Below, one piece after another: positions 21,089-32,505 of a stretch of 44,963 nucleotides of DNA. How positions within the stretch are numbered: the first letter of the stretch is position 1; each line of letters opens with the position of its first letter. Under the pieces are notes generated by a model that saw only the letters and a list, made by a program, of their open reading frames with translations, ran no database searches and had not been told where the DNA came from. The position numbers and the translations under genes were made by a program. The stretch is from an uncultured Eubacterium sp. (lineage in GTDB: Bacteria; Bacillota_I; Bacilli_A; Erysipelotrichales; Erysipelotrichaceae): assembly GCA_904395785.1 (NCBI GenBank), contig CAJFOG010000131.1, positions 1 through 44,963 on the forward strand, given 5' to 3'.

Positions 21089-21117
21089 TTGCTTTTATAG
21101 ACAGATTGAATTAGAAT
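21089..21117 (+). promoter_or_regulatory. Putative internal tuf promoter
   Basis: TTGCTT-17 nt-TAGAAT in the fusA-tuf spacer. Confidence 0.55.
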
Positions 21118-21153
21118 ATAATTGAAATCTTATAAATAGGAGGAATTAGAAAA

Positions 21154-22338
21154 ATGGCTAAAGAAAAATTTGACCGTTCGAAAACGCATGTTAACATTGG
21201 AACAATTGGACACGTAGACCACGGTAAAACAACTTTAACTGCTGCTATTACAAACGTATTAGCAAAAGAAGGTATGGCACAAGCACAAGCTTACGACCAA
21301 ATTGATGGTGCGCCAGAAGAAAAAGAACGTGGAATTACTATTAACACTGCTCACGTTGAGTACCAAACAGTAAATCGTCACTACGCTCACGTAGACTGCC
21401 CAGGTCACGCTGACTACGTTAAAAACATGATTACTGGTGCTGCTCAAATGGACGGAGCTATCTTAGTAGTTGCTGCATCTGATGGACCTATGCCTCAGAC
21501 TCGTGAGCACATCTTATTAGCTCGTCAGGTAGGGGTTCCTTACATCGTTGTATTCTTAAACAAATGTGACATGGTTGATGACGAAGAGTTAATCGACTTA
21601 GTTGAAATGGAAGTTCGTGAATTATTAAGCGAATACGGATTCGATGGAGACAACGCTCCAGTTATCCGTGGTTCAGCATTAAAAGCTCTTGAAGGAGACG
21701 AAAAATATGTTGGTGCTATTAAAGAACTTATGGCTGCTGTTGATGAATTCATCCCAGATCCAGTTCGTGACACTGACAAACCATTCTTAATGTCTGTAGA
21801 AGACGTTATGACAATTACTGGACGTGGAACAGTTGCTACTGGACGTGTTGAGCGTGGGGTAGTTAAATTAGGAGAAGAAGTTGAAATCGTAGGTATTCAC
21901 GAAACTCAAAAAACAGTTATTACTGGATTAGAAATGTTCCGTAAACAATTAGACTTCGCTGAGTCTGGAGACAACATCGGTGCATTATTACGTGGTATTA
22001 ACCGTGAACAAATCCAACGTGGACAAGTATTAGCTAAACCTGGAACAGTTAACCCACACACTAAATTCAAAGCTCAAGTGTATGTTTTAACTAAAGAAGA
22101 AGGTGGACGTCACACTCCATTCGTATCTAACTATCGTCCTCAGTTCTACTTCCGTACAACTGACGTAACTGGTGTTATTACATTACCAGAAGGTACTGAC
22201 ATGGTTATGCCTGGAGATAACGTAGAAATGACTGTTGAATTGATCGCTCCAATCGCTATCGAAAACAACACTAAATTCTCTATCCGTGAAGGTGGACGTA
22301 CAGTAGGTTCAGGTAACGTTATCGAAGTTATCGAATAA
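21154..22338 (+). CDS. tuf: Elongation factor Tu
   Basis: [32 protein letters not shown]. Confidence 0.99.
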   Translation: MAKEKFDRSKTHVNIGTIGHVDHGKTTLTAAITNVLAKEGMAQAQAYDQIDGAPEEKERGITINTAHVEYQTVNRHYAHVDCPGHADYVKNMITGAAQMDGAILVVAASDGPMPQTREHILLARQVGVPYIVVFLNKCDMVDDEELIDLVEMEVRELLSEYGFDGDNAPVIRGSALKALEGDEKYVGAIKELMAAVDEFIPDPVRDTDKPFLMSVEDVMTITGRGTVATGRVERGVVKLGEEVEIVGIHETQKTVITGLEMFRKQLDFAESGDNIGALLRGINREQIQRGQVLAKPGTVNPHTKFKAQVYVLTKEEGGRHTPFVSNYRPQFYFRTTDVTGVITLPEGTDMVMPGDNVEMTVELIAPIAIENNTKFSIREGGRTVGSGNVIEVIE

Positions 22339-22348
22339 TTTAGTAATT

Positions 22349-22379
22349 AAGGTTACAAATTTAATTTGTAGCCTTTTTT
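22349..22379 (+). terminator. Intrinsic terminator after tuf
   Basis: AAGGTTACAAAT/ATTTGTAGCCTT plus T-run. Confidence 0.8.
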
Positions 22380-22380
22380 G

Positions 22381-22409
22381 TTGCATTATATAAGAAAGAA
22401 GCATATAAT
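22381..22409 (+). promoter_or_regulatory. Sigma-A promoter of TPP riboswitch-thiT
   Basis: TTGCAT-17 nt-TATAAT immediately before the aptamer. Confidence 0.7.
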
Positions 22410-22417
22410 TAATATGT

Positions 22418-22502
22418 CATGACAGGGGTGCCTTTTGGCTGAGATATGAATTTCATAAACTCTTATGACCTGATCTAGTTAATGCTAGCGTAGGAAGTCA
22501 TC
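22418..22502 (+). ncRNA. TPP riboswitch aptamer
   Basis: AGGGGTGC..GGCTGAGA..ACCTGATCTAGTTAATGCTAGCGTAGGAA consensus; P1 ATGAC/GTCAT; precedes thiT. Confidence 0.93.
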
Positions 22503-22569
22503 ACCATCGTATACTAGAATTTAGTAATACTAAGGTTAACTTACTTACGCCTCATGGAGGTGTTTTTTT

Positions 22570-23142
22570 ATGAATCAAAAAACTAGAACGTATGTGTTTA
22601 TTGCAATGTATGCATCTTTATCCGTTTTGTTTAACTTTTTAACACAATTTTTGCCACACATGGTAAATGGTGGTACGGTTGATTTAGGTGTAATTCCAAT
22701 TTTTATTGCAAGTTATCATCTTGGTTGGAAAAAAGGTGTATGGACAGGTATTTTTACGTGGTTGCTTGGTTTAGTGTTTGGTATGAATCGATATATGGTT
22801 TCTCCACTTCAAATTTTATTCGATTATGTCATTCCAATTGTTGTACCAGGGATTGCATCATGTATACCTAGTATAAAGATAAAAGAATTACATATATCAA
22901 ATATATATACTGGAGTTTTTGTTACAATGTTTCTTAAATATAGCTCACATGTATTAGCTGGTGTATATTTCTGGTTTCCAGAAGGAAGTGCAGCAGGAAG
23001 TATCGCAGCTTGGATATATTCCGCATGGACGTATAATTTAGGTTATAACGTATTAACATTACTGGCTTGTTTCATAATTATCCCAATTTTAATTCAGTCA
23101 TTACAAAGAGTTGAACAAAAAACATTTACTTATGTGAAATAA
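22570..23142 (+). CDS. thiT: ECF transporter S component for thiamine
   Basis: NGGTVDLG..P, QILFDY, HVLAGVYFW, WIYS..YN motifs, about 6 TM; downstream of TPP riboswitch. Confidence 0.88.
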   Translation: MNQKTRTYVFIAMYASLSVLFNFLTQFLPHMVNGGTVDLGVIPIFIASYHLGWKKGVWTGIFTWLLGLVFGMNRYMVSPLQILFDYVIPIVVPGIASCIPSIKIKELHISNIYTGVFVTMFLKYSSHVLAGVYFWFPEGSAAGSIAAWIYSAWTYNLGYNVLTLLACFIIIPILIQSLQRVEQKTFTYVK

Positions 23143-23150
23143 AATAATGC

Positions 23151-23184
23151 GCTATGGATGAGTAAAATTTGTCCATAGTTTTTT
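23151..23184 (+). terminator. Intrinsic terminator after thiT
   Basis: GCTATGGATGA/TTGTCCATAGT plus T-run. Confidence 0.7.
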
Positions 23185-23361
23185 AATATTTATCACAATG
23201 GCAACGTATATCAGTGTGTCATTTAGAAAAATTTTTTAAAGTTTGTGTTTATATAAAATTTGAAATAAGTTGATAAATAAGCACTATTTTGTATGATTAT
23301 GATTTAAATCTAATAATAAGGAGATGGTGTAAAATAAAGAAAAAAAGTGTAAAAAAAGTAC

Positions 23362-23390
23362 TTGAAGTATTGATTTAATTATGATAAAAT
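23362..23390 (+). promoter_or_regulatory. Sigma-A promoter of S10 operon
   Basis: TTGAAG-17 nt-TAAAAT with extended TG. Confidence 0.65.
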
Positions 23391-23394
23391 ACAA

Positions 23395-23484
23395 AGGTGA
23401 CCGCGAGGACATGCGAGGTTGCTGACCCACTGAAATACGTTGTCATGAACGGCGTGGTCAGGGAATTCGCATCGAGCGAGTCTA
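23395..23484 (+). promoter_or_regulatory. Structured rpsJ (S10) leader RNA
   Basis: GC-rich island with nested stems ATGCGA/TCGCAT and CTGACC/GGTCAG and the GAGGTTGC motif seen in Firmicute rpsJ leaders. Confidence 0.7.
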
Positions 23485-23514
23485 TAAACAATATAGACGA
23501 AAGGAGATTTATTC

Positions 23515-23826
23515 ATGGCAAAAAACAGCGTTAGAATTCGCTTAAAAGCCTACGAACACAGAATCTTAGATGCATCTGCTGAAAAGATTGTTCAGGCAGC
23601 ACAAAATCACGGTGCTAAAAAAATTGTTGGACCTGTACCTCTTCCAACTGAAAAGCAAGTAGTAACAGTCTTGCGTGCGGTACACAAATACAAAGACTCT
23701 CGTGAACAATTCGAGATCAGAACTCACAAACGTTTAATTGAGATTGTCGGACCTACTGCAGAGACAATCGACTCATTGAGTCGTTTAGAACTGCCAAGTG
23801 GTGTTGACATCGAAATTAAGCTGTAA
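23515..23826 (+). CDS. rpsJ: 30S ribosomal protein S10
   Basis: [33 protein letters not shown]. Confidence 0.99.
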   Translation: MAKNSVRIRLKAYEHRILDASAEKIVQAAQNHGAKKIVGPVPLPTEKQVVTVLRAVHKYKDSREQFEIRTHKRLIEIVGPTAETIDSLSRLELPSGVDIEIKL

Positions 23827-23839
23827 TGGAGGTGACATC

Positions 23840-24523
23840 ATGAAAGGTATTCTAGGACGTAAGCTTGGAATGACACAGGTATTTACGGAAGATGGTATTT
23901 TGATTCCGGTAACTGTTGTTGAAGCTACACCAAACGTAGTGTTACAGAAAAAAACAGTGGAAAACGATGGATACGAAGCTGTGCAATTAGGATTTGAAGA
24001 TGTAAAAGAAAAACGCAGTACAAAAGCTAACATCGGACATGCTGCGAAAGCAAATACAACTCCAAAACGTTTTGCTCAAGAAATTCGTGACTGTGAATTA
24101 GATGTTAATTTAGGTGACGAAGTAAAAGTTGACATTTTCTCAGCTGGAGAAAAAGTTGATGTTATTGGAACAAGCAAAGGTAAAGGGTTCATGGGTACAA
24201 TTGTTCGTAACAACGCAACAATCGGTCCTAAGAGCCACGGTTCTGGACATCACAGACACATCGGTTCTCTTGCTACTAACGGGATTACATCTCGTCAAGG
24301 TAAAATTTTAAAAGGAACTGTAATGGCTGGTCAAGAAGGTGGATACAGAACTACTAACCAAAACTTGACAATTATCAAAGTTGATGTAGAAAACAACTAC
24401 TTATTAATCAAAGGAAACGTGCCTGGTCCTAAACGTGGAATGGTAATGGTACGTACTGCTAAATGTTCTAAAGGAAACGTTGAACCTGTGACTTTAGTAG
24501 ATTACACAAAAGAGGAGGAATAA
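23840..24523 (+). CDS. rplC: 50S ribosomal protein L3
   Basis: [40 protein letters not shown] before ATG 23840. Confidence 0.97.
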   Translation: MKGILGRKLGMTQVFTEDGILIPVTVVEATPNVVLQKKTVENDGYEAVQLGFEDVKEKRSTKANIGHAAKANTTPKRFAQEIRDCELDVNLGDEVKVDIFSAGEKVDVIGTSKGKGFMGTIVRNNATIGPKSHGSGHHRHIGSLATNGITSRQGKILKGTVMAGQEGGYRTTNQNLTIIKVDVENNYLLIKGNVPGPKRGMVMVRTAKCSKGNVEPVTLVDYTKEEE

Positions 24524-24526
24524 AAG

Positions 24527-25156
24527 ATGCCTAAGATGGTCGTATTAAACCAAGCTGGTAAAGAGTTACACGAGATTACTCTTGCCGATACAGTATTCGG
24601 CATCGAACCAAATCAGCAATGTATCTTCGATGCTATCGTTATGCAACGTGCTAGCATGCGTCAAGGAACTCACGACACTAAAACTCGTACTGAGGTAAGT
24701 GGTGGTGGACGTAAACCATGGCGTCAAAAAGGAACTGGACGTGCTCGTCAAGGTTCTATCCGTGCTACACAATGGAGAGGTGGAGGGATTGTTTTCGGTC
24801 CTACTCCAAGAAAATACGGATACAAGCTGAACAAAAAAGTTCGTCGTCTAGCATTAAAATCAGTGTTATCTGAAAAAGTGTTAGAAAACGCTATGAGCGT
24901 TGTTGATAAATTTGAATTGGAAGCACCAAAAACAAAAGCTTTCAACGAAATTATCGCTAATCTGGAAGCACCTAAGAAAACATTATTTGTTGTTTCTGCA
25001 GGTGAAGATTTTGAGAACGCATTCTTGAGTATGCGTAACATCCCAACTATGATGATGTTAACAGCTGATGGGTTGAATGTTTACGATATCGTAAATGCTA
25101 ACAAAATCGTCTTTACAGAAGCTGCTGTGAAAGATGTTGAGGAGGCACTTGCATAA
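24527..25156 (+). CDS. rplD: 50S ribosomal protein L4
   Basis: [15 protein letters not shown]. Confidence 0.98.
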   Translation: MPKMVVLNQAGKELHEITLADTVFGIEPNQQCIFDAIVMQRASMRQGTHDTKTRTEVSGGGRKPWRQKGTGRARQGSIRATQWRGGGIVFGPTPRKYGYKLNKKVRRLALKSVLSEKVLENAMSVVDKFELEAPKTKAFNEIIANLEAPKKTLFVVSAGEDFENAFLSMRNIPTMMMLTADGLNVYDIVNANKIVFTEAAVKDVEEALA

Positions 25157-25452
25157 TGAATAACTATAAAGACATTATTATCCGTCCTATCATTACTGAA
25201 AAAACAATGAGATATATGGACGAAGACAACAAAGTGACTTTCGAAGTAAAAAAAGGAGCAAACAAAACATTAATCAAACAAGCTGTTGAAAGTGTGTTTG
25301 GTGTTGATGTTGTTTCTGTAAACGTAGTGAACGTAAAACCAAAAACTAAAAGAATGGGTCGCTATGTTGGTAAAACAAAAGCTATTCGTAAAGCTTATGT
25401 TAAAATTGCAGCTGGACAAGATATTAACTTATTTGGAGAAACAGCTGAATAA
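25156..25452 (+). CDS. rplW: 50S ribosomal protein L23
   Basis: PIITEK, ANKTLIKQAVE; operon position. Confidence 0.97.
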   Translation: MNNYKDIIIRPIITEKTMRYMDEDNKVTFEVKKGANKTLIKQAVESVFGVDVVSVNVVNVKPKTKRMGRYVGKTKAIRKAYVKIAAGQDINLFGETAE

Positions 25453-25513
25453 AAAATCAGGAAGAAGAAACGCTATTTCCTGAATAAATATTGCGTAAGG
25501 AGGACATTTAAAA

Positions 25514-26347
25514 ATGCCAATTAAAAAGTATAAACCGACTACTCCAGGTCGTCGTGGTATGACAAGCTTATCTCGTGAAGAGATTACAGCAAATAAACCA
25601 GAAAAATCATTATTAGCACCTTTAAATGGAAAAGGTGGACGTAACAACAATGGACGTATTACTACTCGTCACCAAGGTGGTGGACACAAACGTGCTTACC
25701 GTATCATCGACTTCAAACGTAATAAAGATGGTATCCCTGCTCGTGTAGCTACAATCGAGTACGATCCAAACCGTTCTGCAAACATCGCGTTATTAAACTA
25801 TGCAGATGGTGAAAAACGTTACATCATTGCACCTAAAGGTTTAACTGTAGGTATGACAGTTACTTCAGGTAAAGGTTCTGACATTAAAGTTGGAAACGCA
25901 ATGGAATTGAAAGATATCCCAGAAGGTACTTTCATTCACAACATTGAATTAAAACCTGGAAAAGGTGGACAGATGGCTCGTTCTGCTGGTACATCTGCAC
26001 AAATTTTAGGTATTGAAGAAAAATATACTACAATCCGTTTAGCTTCTGGTGAAGTTCGTAAAGTTTTATCTAACTGTCGTGCAACTATCGGACAAGTAGG
26101 TAACGAAGATCACAGCTTAGTAAATTATGGTAAAGCTGGACGTAACCGTTGGAGAGGTATTCGTCCTACAGTTCGTGGTTCTGTTATGAACCCTAACGAT
26201 CACCCTCATGGTGGTGGGGAAGGACGTACACCAATCGGACGTAAATCTCCAATGACTCCTTGGGGTAAAAAAGCTATGGGTGTGAAAACTCGTAAAGTTA
26301 AAAAAGCATCTACGAAATTAATCGTTCGTCGTCGTAACGGTAAATAA
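25514..26347 (+). CDS. rplB: 50S ribosomal protein L2
   Basis: [30 protein letters not shown]. Confidence 0.99.
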   Translation: MPIKKYKPTTPGRRGMTSLSREEITANKPEKSLLAPLNGKGGRNNNGRITTRHQGGGHKRAYRIIDFKRNKDGIPARVATIEYDPNRSANIALLNYADGEKRYIIAPKGLTVGMTVTSGKGSDIKVGNAMELKDIPEGTFIHNIELKPGKGGQMARSAGTSAQILGIEEKYTTIRLASGEVRKVLSNCRATIGQVGNEDHSLVNYGKAGRNRWRGIRPTVRGSVMNPNDHPHGGGEGRTPIGRKSPMTPWGKKAMGVKTRKVKKASTKLIVRRRNGK

Positions 26348-26367
26348 GACAAAGGAGGAAATGAAGC

Positions 26368-26643
26368 ATGAGTCGTAGTTTAAAAAAAGGCCCATTCTGT
26401 GATGACCACTTAATGAAAAAAGTGGAAGCATTGAATGCAGCTGGTAAAAAACAAGTGATTAAAACTTGGTCACGTCGTTCAACAATTTTCCCTCAGTTTG
26501 TAGAACACACATTTGCCGTTTACAACGGGAAAGAACATCTACCAGTTTATGTAACAGAAGACATGGTAGGTCACAAACTTGGTGAATTCGTTCCAACACG
26601 TAAATACACTGGTCATGACGATGACAAAAAAGCTAAGAGATAA
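26368..26643 (+). CDS. rpsS: 30S ribosomal protein S19
   Basis: [18 protein letters not shown]. Confidence 0.99.
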   Translation: MSRSLKKGPFCDDHLMKKVEALNAAGKKQVIKTWSRRSTIFPQFVEHTFAVYNGKEHLPVYVTEDMVGHKLGEFVPTRKYTGHDDDKKAKR

Positions 26644-26657
26644 GGAGGAAACGTTAG

Positions 26658-26990
26658 ATGGAAGTAAAAGCAACAGCAAAAACATTACGTATCCCGCCTA
26701 GAAAAGCTCGTATTGTTATTGACTTAATTCGTGGGAAAGACGTAGCTGAAGCAGCTGCAATCTTAAAATTTACACCAAATGTAGCAGCTGAATCTATTTC
26801 TAAAGTATTAAAATCTGCAGTAGCAAATGCAGTAAACAACAACGAAATGAATGAAGATAAATTATACGTTAAAGCATGTTATGCTAATGAAGGTGTTACA
26901 TTAAAGCGTTTCATGCCACGTGCAAAAGGATCTGCAAGTGCAATCCACAAACGTACAAGCCACATTACAATCGTGGTTGACGAGCGTTAG
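26658..26990 (+). CDS. rplV: 50S ribosomal protein L22
   Basis: [23 protein letters not shown]. Confidence 0.98.
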   Translation: MEVKATAKTLRIPPRKARIVIDLIRGKDVAEAAAILKFTPNVAAESISKVLKSAVANAVNNNEMNEDKLYVKACYANEGVTLKRFMPRAKGSASAIHKRTSHITIVVDER

Positions 26991-27004
26991 TAAGGAGGTA
27001 GCTC

Positions 27005-27778
27005 ATGGGACAGAAAGTTAGTCCAATCGGATTACGTGTCGGTGTTATCCGTGACTGGGAATCCAGATGGTATGCTGGCAAAGATTATGCCGATTTATTA
27101 CTAGAAGACGTAAAAATCCGTGAATTTTTATTCGCTGAATTAAAAGCAGCTTCAGTTTCAAGAATCGAAATTGAACGTGCTAAAAACCGTGTTGAGATCA
27201 TGATTCGTACAGCTCGTCCTGGTGTGATTATCGGTACAAACGGTGAAAACATTGAAAACTTGAAAAAGAAATTAGAAAAATTAACATCTGGTAAAAACGT
27301 TTATGTTAAAGTATTAGAAATTGCTAATCCAGATTTAGATGCAAAATTAGTTGCACGTAGCATTGCTGATCAATTAGAACAGCGTGCAAGTTTCCGTACT
27401 GCTCAGAAAAAAGCTATTCAAAGAACTATGCGTGCTGGTGCAAAAGGTATTAAAACTGCAGTATCAGGTCGTTTAGGTGGTGCTGATATGGCTCGTACAG
27501 AAGGGTACAGTGAAGGTGTTGTTCCTTTACATACACTACGTGCTGATATCGATTACGCTTGGGAAGAAGCTCACACTACTTACGGACGCTTAGGTGTTAA
27601 AGTATGGATTTGCCGTGGTGAAGTATTACCAGGACAAATGGTACAAGAGCCAGAAGCTCCAAAAAACAATGGAAACGACAAACGTCGTAACCGTCGTGGA
27701 AACCGTGGTGGAAACAAAAACAACAGAAGAGAAAACACTGCGACTGCAAGTGCTCCAAAAGCGGAAGGAGGAAACTAA
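27005..27778 (+). CDS. rpsC: 30S ribosomal protein S3
   Basis: [33 protein letters not shown]. Confidence 0.99.
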   Translation: MGQKVSPIGLRVGVIRDWESRWYAGKDYADLLLEDVKIREFLFAELKAASVSRIEIERAKNRVEIMIRTARPGVIIGTNGENIENLKKKLEKLTSGKNVYVKVLEIANPDLDAKLVARSIADQLEQRASFRTAQKKAIQRTMRAGAKGIKTAVSGRLGGADMARTEGYSEGVVPLHTLRADIDYAWEEAHTTYGRLGVKVWICRGEVLPGQMVQEPEAPKNNGNDKRRNRRGNRGGNKNNRRENTATASAPKAEGGN

Positions 27779-27781
27779 TTT

Positions 27782-28198
27782 ATGTTAATGCCTAAAAGAA
27801 CAAAATATAGAAGACCTCACCGTTTAAGCTACGAAGGACGTGCAAAAGCAGGTCGTGATGTATCTTTTGGTGAATATGGTTTAATGGCTGATACTGGTGC
27901 TTACGTAAGTAACCGTCAGATTGAAGCGGCTCGTATTGCGATGACACGTTATATGAAACGTGGTGGTAAAGTATGGATTCGTATTTTCCCTCACATGGCA
28001 AGAACGAAAAAACCTCTAGAAGTACGTATGGGTTCTGGTAAAGGTGCTCCAGAAGGATGGGTAGCAGTAGTTAAACCAGGACGTGTAATGTTTGAAATCG
28101 CTGGTGTATCTGAAGAAGTAGCACGTGAAGCATTCCGTTTAGCTTCTCACAAATTACCAGTTAAGACTAAATTTGTTGTTAGAAAAGGAGAAGAGTAA
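27782..28198 (+). CDS. rplP: 50S ribosomal protein L16
   Basis: [15 protein letters not shown]. Confidence 0.99.
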   Translation: MLMPKRTKYRRPHRLSYEGRAKAGRDVSFGEYGLMADTGAYVSNRQIEAARIAMTRYMKRGGKVWIRIFPHMARTKKPLEVRMGSGKGAPEGWVAVVKPGRVMFEIAGVSEEVAREAFRLASHKLPVKTKFVVRKGEE

Positions 28199-28199
28199 T

Positions 28200-28400
28200 A
28201 TGACAGCGAAAGAGATCAGAGAAAAAAGTAATACTGAGATTTTAGCAGAGATCGAAGCGCTTAAAGATGAACTTTTTAATCTTCGTTTCCAACAAGCAAC
28301 TGGACAGTTGACTAACACAGCTCGTTTAAAAGCTGTTAAAAAGGATATTGCCCGTATGAAAACCGTATTGACTGAGCGCGAGCTTAGCAATCAGGATTAA
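28200..28400 (+). CDS. rpmC: 50S ribosomal protein L29
   Basis: [25 protein letters not shown] 28200. Confidence 0.97.
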   Translation: MTAKEIREKSNTEILAEIEALKDELFNLRFQQATGQLTNTARLKAVKKDIARMKTVLTERELSNQD

Positions 28401-28416
28401 GGAGGATCACTAAGCT

Positions 28417-28677
28417 ATGGAAAGATCTAACCGTAAAGTATATCGTGGAACTGTTGTTTCAGATAAAATGGATAAAACGATCACTGTAATCGTTGAAACT
28501 AAAAAAACACACCCATTATATGGAAAACGTGTAAAATATTCTAAGAAGTTTAAAGCTCATGATGAAAACAATGAAGCTAGAATTGGAGATAAAGTTGAAA
28601 TTATGGAAACTCGTCCATTATCAGCTACAAAACGTTTCCGTCTAGTGAAAATTGTTGAAAAAGCTGTTCAGCTGTAA
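28417..28677 (+). CDS. rpsQ: 30S ribosomal protein S17
   Basis: [20 protein letters not shown]. Confidence 0.99.
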   Translation: MERSNRKVYRGTVVSDKMDKTITVIVETKKTHPLYGKRVKYSKKFKAHDENNEARIGDKVEIMETRPLSATKRFRLVKIVEKAVQL

Positions 28678-28697
28678 TCGCTAGGAGGTAGACATTC

Positions 28698-29066
28698 ATG
28701 ATCCAGAATGAAAGTAGATTACGCGTCGCTGATAACACTGGAGCTAAAGAAGTTTTAGTTATCCGTTGTTTAGGTGGTAGCGTTCGTAAGTTTTCAAACA
28801 TCGGGGATATCGTTGTCTGTACTGTAAAGCAGGCTGCTCCTGGTGGAACTGTTAAAAAAGGTGATGTTGTAAAAGGTGTAATTGTACGTACAAAACGTGG
28901 AATTCGCCGTGAAAACGGAACTTACATCAAATTTGATGATAACGCAGTTGTTTTAATTAAAGACGATAAAACACCACGTGGAACTCGTATTTTCGGACCT
29001 GTGGCAAGAGAGTTACGTGACAAAGACTTTATGAAAATCGTGTCTTTGGCACCAGAAGTACTATAA
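28698..29066 (+). CDS. rplN: 50S ribosomal protein L14
   Basis: [26 protein letters not shown]. Confidence 0.99.
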   Translation: MIQNESRLRVADNTGAKEVLVIRCLGGSVRKFSNIGDIVVCTVKQAAPGGTVKKGDVVKGVIVRTKRGIRRENGTYIKFDDNAVVLIKDDKTPRGTRIFGPVARELRDKDFMKIVSLAPEVL

Positions 29067-29078
29067 GGAGGTGTCTTT

Positions 29079-29402
29079 GTGAAAATCAAAAAAGGTGATA
29101 AAGTTCAGGTTATTGCAGGAGCTTACAAGGGCACTGTTGCTGAAGTAATTAAAGTTTTACCAAAACAAAACAAAGTTATTGTTGAAGGTGTTAATGTTGT
29201 TAAAAAACACATGAAACCAACACAAGTAAATCCAGATGGTGGAATTATTGAAAAAGAAGCACCAATCCATGTTTCAAATGTAATGGCATACGATGAAAAA
29301 GCGAAAAAAGCTAGTCGTGTTGGATTTGAAATCAAAGAAGATAAAAAAGGCAACAAAGTAAAAGTTCGCGTCTACAAAAAAACTGGCGCAGAAGTTAAGT
29401 AA
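29079..29402 (+). CDS. rplX: 50S ribosomal protein L24
   Basis: [14 protein letters not shown] motif, [12 protein letters not shown] start. Confidence 0.98.
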   Translation: MKIKKGDKVQVIAGAYKGTVAEVIKVLPKQNKVIVEGVNVVKKHMKPTQVNPDGGIIEKEAPIHVSNVMAYDEKAKKASRVGFEIKEDKKGNKVKVRVYKKTGAEVK

Positions 29403-29414
29403 GGAGGTTAAAGG

Positions 29415-29954
29415 ATGAACCGCCTAAATCAAAAATACAAAGAGGTAGTAATGCCAAACTTAATGAAAAAGTTTGATTACAAATCAGTAATGGAAGTACC
29501 TCGTGTAGAAAAAATTGTTATTAACATGGGGATTGGAGAAGCAATTTCTAACCCAAAAGTTTTAGATGAAGCTGTAGCAGAGTTAGCACAAATTACAGGG
29601 CAAGCACCAGTAATTACAAAAGCTAAAAAATCTATCGCTAACTTCAAGTTACGTGAAGGTATGCCAATTGGATGTAAAGTAACTTTACGTAAAGAAAAAA
29701 TGTATGATTTCTTAGATAAATTAATGAACATTTCATTACCACGTGTACGTGACTTCCGTGGAGTATCTGATACTTCTTTTGATGGACGTGGAAACTACAC
29801 ATTAGGTGTGAAAGAACAATTAATTTTCCCTGAAATTAACTACGATAAAGTAAACAAAGTACGTGGTATGGATATTGTTATCGTTACTACTGCAAACACT
29901 AACGAAGAAGCTAAGGCATTACTAGAAGAATTAGGTATGCCTTTCAAGAAATAG
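29415..29954 (+). CDS. rplE: 50S ribosomal protein L5
   Basis: [23 protein letters not shown]. Confidence 0.99.
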   Translation: MNRLNQKYKEVVMPNLMKKFDYKSVMEVPRVEKIVINMGIGEAISNPKVLDEAVAELAQITGQAPVITKAKKSIANFKLREGMPIGCKVTLRKEKMYDFLDKLMNISLPRVRDFRGVSDTSFDGRGNYTLGVKEQLIFPEINYDKVNKVRGMDIVIVTTANTNEEAKALLEELGMPFKK

Positions 29955-29967
29955 GAGGACTTAGAAT

Positions 29968-30153
29968 ATGGCAAAGAAAGCAATGATTATTAAATCAAAA
30001 CGTCCTCAAAAGTTCAAAGTGCGTGAGTACACACGTTGTGAACGTTGTGGCCGTCCTCACTCAGTTTTACGTAAATACAAACTATGCCGTATTTGCTTCC
30101 GTGAATTAGCTTACAAAGGGCAAATTCCGGGTGTAAAAAAGGCAAGTTGGTAA
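29968..30153 (+). CDS. rpsZ: 30S ribosomal protein S14, type Z (Zn-binding, 61 aa)
   Basis: [19 protein letters not shown]. Confidence 0.97.
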   Translation: MAKKAMIIKSKRPQKFKVREYTRCERCGRPHSVLRKYKLCRICFRELAYKGQIPGVKKASW

Positions 30154-30174
30154 TCAGATAGGAGGAATACAGTC

Positions 30175-30573
30175 ATGATGATAATGACAGATCCGATTGC
30201 AGATATGCTAACTAGAATTCGTAACGCAGTACAAGCTCGTCACGATGTTGTAGAAGTTCCTGCAAATAAAGAAAAAGTTGCAATCGCAAAAATTTTAAAA
30301 GAAGAAGGGTTCATTACAAACTACTCTGTTGATGGAGATGTTAAAAAAGTAATTACTATTACTTTAAAATATGGACCAAATAATGAAAAAGTAATCAATG
30401 GATTAAGAAGAATCTCAAAACCTGGATTACGTGCTTATGCGAAAGTGGATTCAATCCCTCGAGTATTAAACGGTTTAGGAATTGCGATTATCTCTACATC
30501 TCATGGATTAATGACAGATAAAGAAGCTAAAGCAAAACACGTTGGTGGCGAAGTAATCGCCTACGTGTGGTAG
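30175..30573 (+). CDS. rpsH: 30S ribosomal protein S8
   Basis: [29 protein letters not shown]. Confidence 0.99.
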   Translation: MMIMTDPIADMLTRIRNAVQARHDVVEVPANKEKVAIAKILKEEGFITNYSVDGDVKKVITITLKYGPNNEKVINGLRRISKPGLRAYAKVDSIPRVLNGLGIAIISTSHGLMTDKEAKAKHVGGEVIAYVW

Positions 30574-30599
30574 TATAAAGCTATAACGGAGGTAAGAAA

Positions 30600-31145
30600 A
30601 TGTCACGTATCGGTAATAAAGCGATTACCATTCCTGCTGGCGTTGAAGTAACAATTGCTGCTGGGAATGAGGTGACTGTTAAAGGTCCTAAAGGAACTTT
30701 AACTCGTCAATTCAACTCTGATTTAATGATCAAAGTGGAAGAGAATGTATTAACAGTTGCTCGTCCAAACGAAGAAAAACACACAAAACAATTACACGGA
30801 ACAACTCGTGCTTTATTAGCAAACATGGTTGAAGGTGTAAGTGCTGGATATACAAAAGAATTGGAACTTGTTGGTATTGGGTTCCGTGCTGCTGTTAGCG
30901 GTAAAAAATTAACTTTAAACGTTGGGTACTCTCACCCAGTTGAGTTTACAGTTGAAGAAGGATTAGAAGTTGCTTGTCCTTCTGCAACAGCGATTACAGT
31001 TTCAGGAATTGACAAACAACGTGTTGGTGAATTCGCTGCAAATGTACGTGCTGTTAGAAAACCAGAACCTTACAAAGGAAAAGGTATTCGCTACAAAGGT
31101 GAACATGTCCGTCGTAAGGAAGGTAAAACAGCTGGTAAGAAATAG
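30600..31145 (+). CDS. rplF: 50S ribosomal protein L6
   Basis: [16 protein letters not shown]. Confidence 0.99.
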   Translation: MSRIGNKAITIPAGVEVTIAAGNEVTVKGPKGTLTRQFNSDLMIKVEENVLTVARPNEEKHTKQLHGTTRALLANMVEGVSAGYTKELELVGIGFRAAVSGKKLTLNVGYSHPVEFTVEEGLEVACPSATAITVSGIDKQRVGEFAANVRAVRKPEPYKGKGIRYKGEHVRRKEGKTAGKK

Positions 31146-31166
31146 TGGGAAAGGAGAAATTGAACA

Positions 31167-31523
31167 ATGCTTAAGAAAGTATCTAGAAATGATAAGCGTT
31201 TACGCCGTCACGTGCGTGTTCGTACCAAAATCAGCGGTACTCCTGAATGTCCCCGCCTGAACGTATTCCGTTCAAACAGCCACATTCACGCACAAATTAT
31301 TGATGACGTTAATGGACACACATTAGTTGCGGCTAGTAGTGTTGATATGAAATTAGAAAACGGTGGAAATGTAGAAGCTGCTAAGACAGTTGGAACTGAA
31401 ATTGCGAAACGTGCAATGGAAAAAAACATTACATCTGTAGTATTTGACCGTGGAGGATACATCTACACAGGTCGTGTTAAGGCTTTAGCTGATGCAGCAA
31501 GAGAAGCCGGATTGAAATTTTAG
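31167..31523 (+). CDS. rplR: 50S ribosomal protein L18
   Basis: [24 protein letters not shown]. Confidence 0.99.
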   Translation: MLKKVSRNDKRLRRHVRVRTKISGTPECPRLNVFRSNSHIHAQIIDDVNGHTLVAASSVDMKLENGGNVEAAKTVGTEIAKRAMEKNITSVVFDRGGYIYTGRVKALADAAREAGLKF

Positions 31524-31535
31524 GAGGTTATGCGA

Positions 31536-32048
31536 ATGGAACGTAAACCAAGAAGAGACCGCGAACGTGAAAAAGAATTCGAAGAACACGTGGTTAGCAT
31601 TAACCGTGTAACTAAAGTAGTAAAAGGTGGACGTCGTTTCCGTTTTGCTGCATTGGTTGTAATCGGTGATAAAAAAGGACGCGTTGGATTCGGAACTGGA
31701 AAAGCAAATGAGGTTCCTGATGCAATTAAAAAAGCAGTTGAAGACGCTAAGAAAAACGTATTTACAGTACCTATCGTTGGAACTACAATTCCTCACGAAA
31801 TTACTGGAACTTACGGGGCAGGACAAATTTTCCTTCGTCCAGCTGCAGAAGGTACTGGAGTTATCGCTGGTGGACCAGTTCGTGCTGTACTAGAACTTGC
31901 TGGTGTTAACGATATTCTTTCTAAATGTTTAGGAAGTCGTACTCCAATCAACATGGTTCGTGCTACAATCACAGCTTTAAAAGAGCTAAAAACTATTGAA
32001 GAAATTGCTCGTCTCCGTGGCAAAAAACCAGAAGAAATTCGCGGTTAA
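31536..32048 (+). CDS. rpsE: 30S ribosomal protein S5
   Basis: [21 protein letters not shown] spacing favours ATG 31536. Confidence 0.98.
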   Translation: MERKPRRDREREKEFEEHVVSINRVTKVVKGGRRFRFAALVVIGDKKGRVGFGTGKANEVPDAIKKAVEDAKKNVFTVPIVGTTIPHEITGTYGAGQIFLRPAAEGTGVIAGGPVRAVLELAGVNDILSKCLGSRTPINMVRATITALKELKTIEEIARLRGKKPEEIRG

Positions 32049-32063
32049 CAGGAGGTTTAGAAC

Positions 32064-32504
32064 ATGAAATTACATGAAATGAAATATACAGAAGGTGCTC
32101 GTAAAAAAGCTTTCCGCGTTGGGCGTGGGCACGCTTCTGGTAATGGTAAAACAGCAGGTAAAGGTCATAAAGGACAAAACGCTAGATCAGGTGGAGGAGT
32201 TCGCTTAGGATTTGAAGGTGGACAAACACCATTAGCAAGACGTTTACCTAAACGTGGATTTACAAACTTCACTCGTAAAGAATATGCAATCGTAAATGTA
32301 GCATCTTTAAACCGTTTTGAAGATGGTACTGAAGTAACTCCAGAATTACTAATCGAATGTGGTTTAGTGAAGAAAGAATTGGATGGTATCAAAATTTTAG
32401 GCGAAGGTGAATTAGAAAAGAAATTAACTGTAAAAGCTAAAAAATTCTCTAAATCAGCTTTAGCTTCTATTGAAAAAGCAGGCGGAAAAGCAGAGGTTAT
32501 CTAA
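32064..32504 (+). CDS. rplO: 50S ribosomal protein L15
   Basis: [28 protein letters not shown]. Confidence 0.99.
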   Translation: MKLHEMKYTEGARKKAFRVGRGHASGNGKTAGKGHKGQNARSGGGVRLGFEGGQTPLARRLPKRGFTNFTRKEYAIVNVASLNRFEDGTEVTPELLIECGLVKKELDGIKILGEGELEKKLTVKAKKFSKSALASIEKAGGKAEVI

Positions 32505-32505
32505 T

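Noticed and set aside
22270..22300. EF-Tu KFSIREGG (Ser at the kirromycin-related A375 position)
   Set aside because: Common state in Firmicute EF-Tu, not distinctive
23185..23360. AT-rich spacer before the S10 promoter with an AAGGAG followed by ATG GTG TAA
   Set aside because: Only a two-codon frame with poor SD spacing; no structure or repeat that I can support
27650..27778. N/R/G-rich low-complexity C-terminal tail of S3
   Set aside because: Variable basic tails on S3 are common
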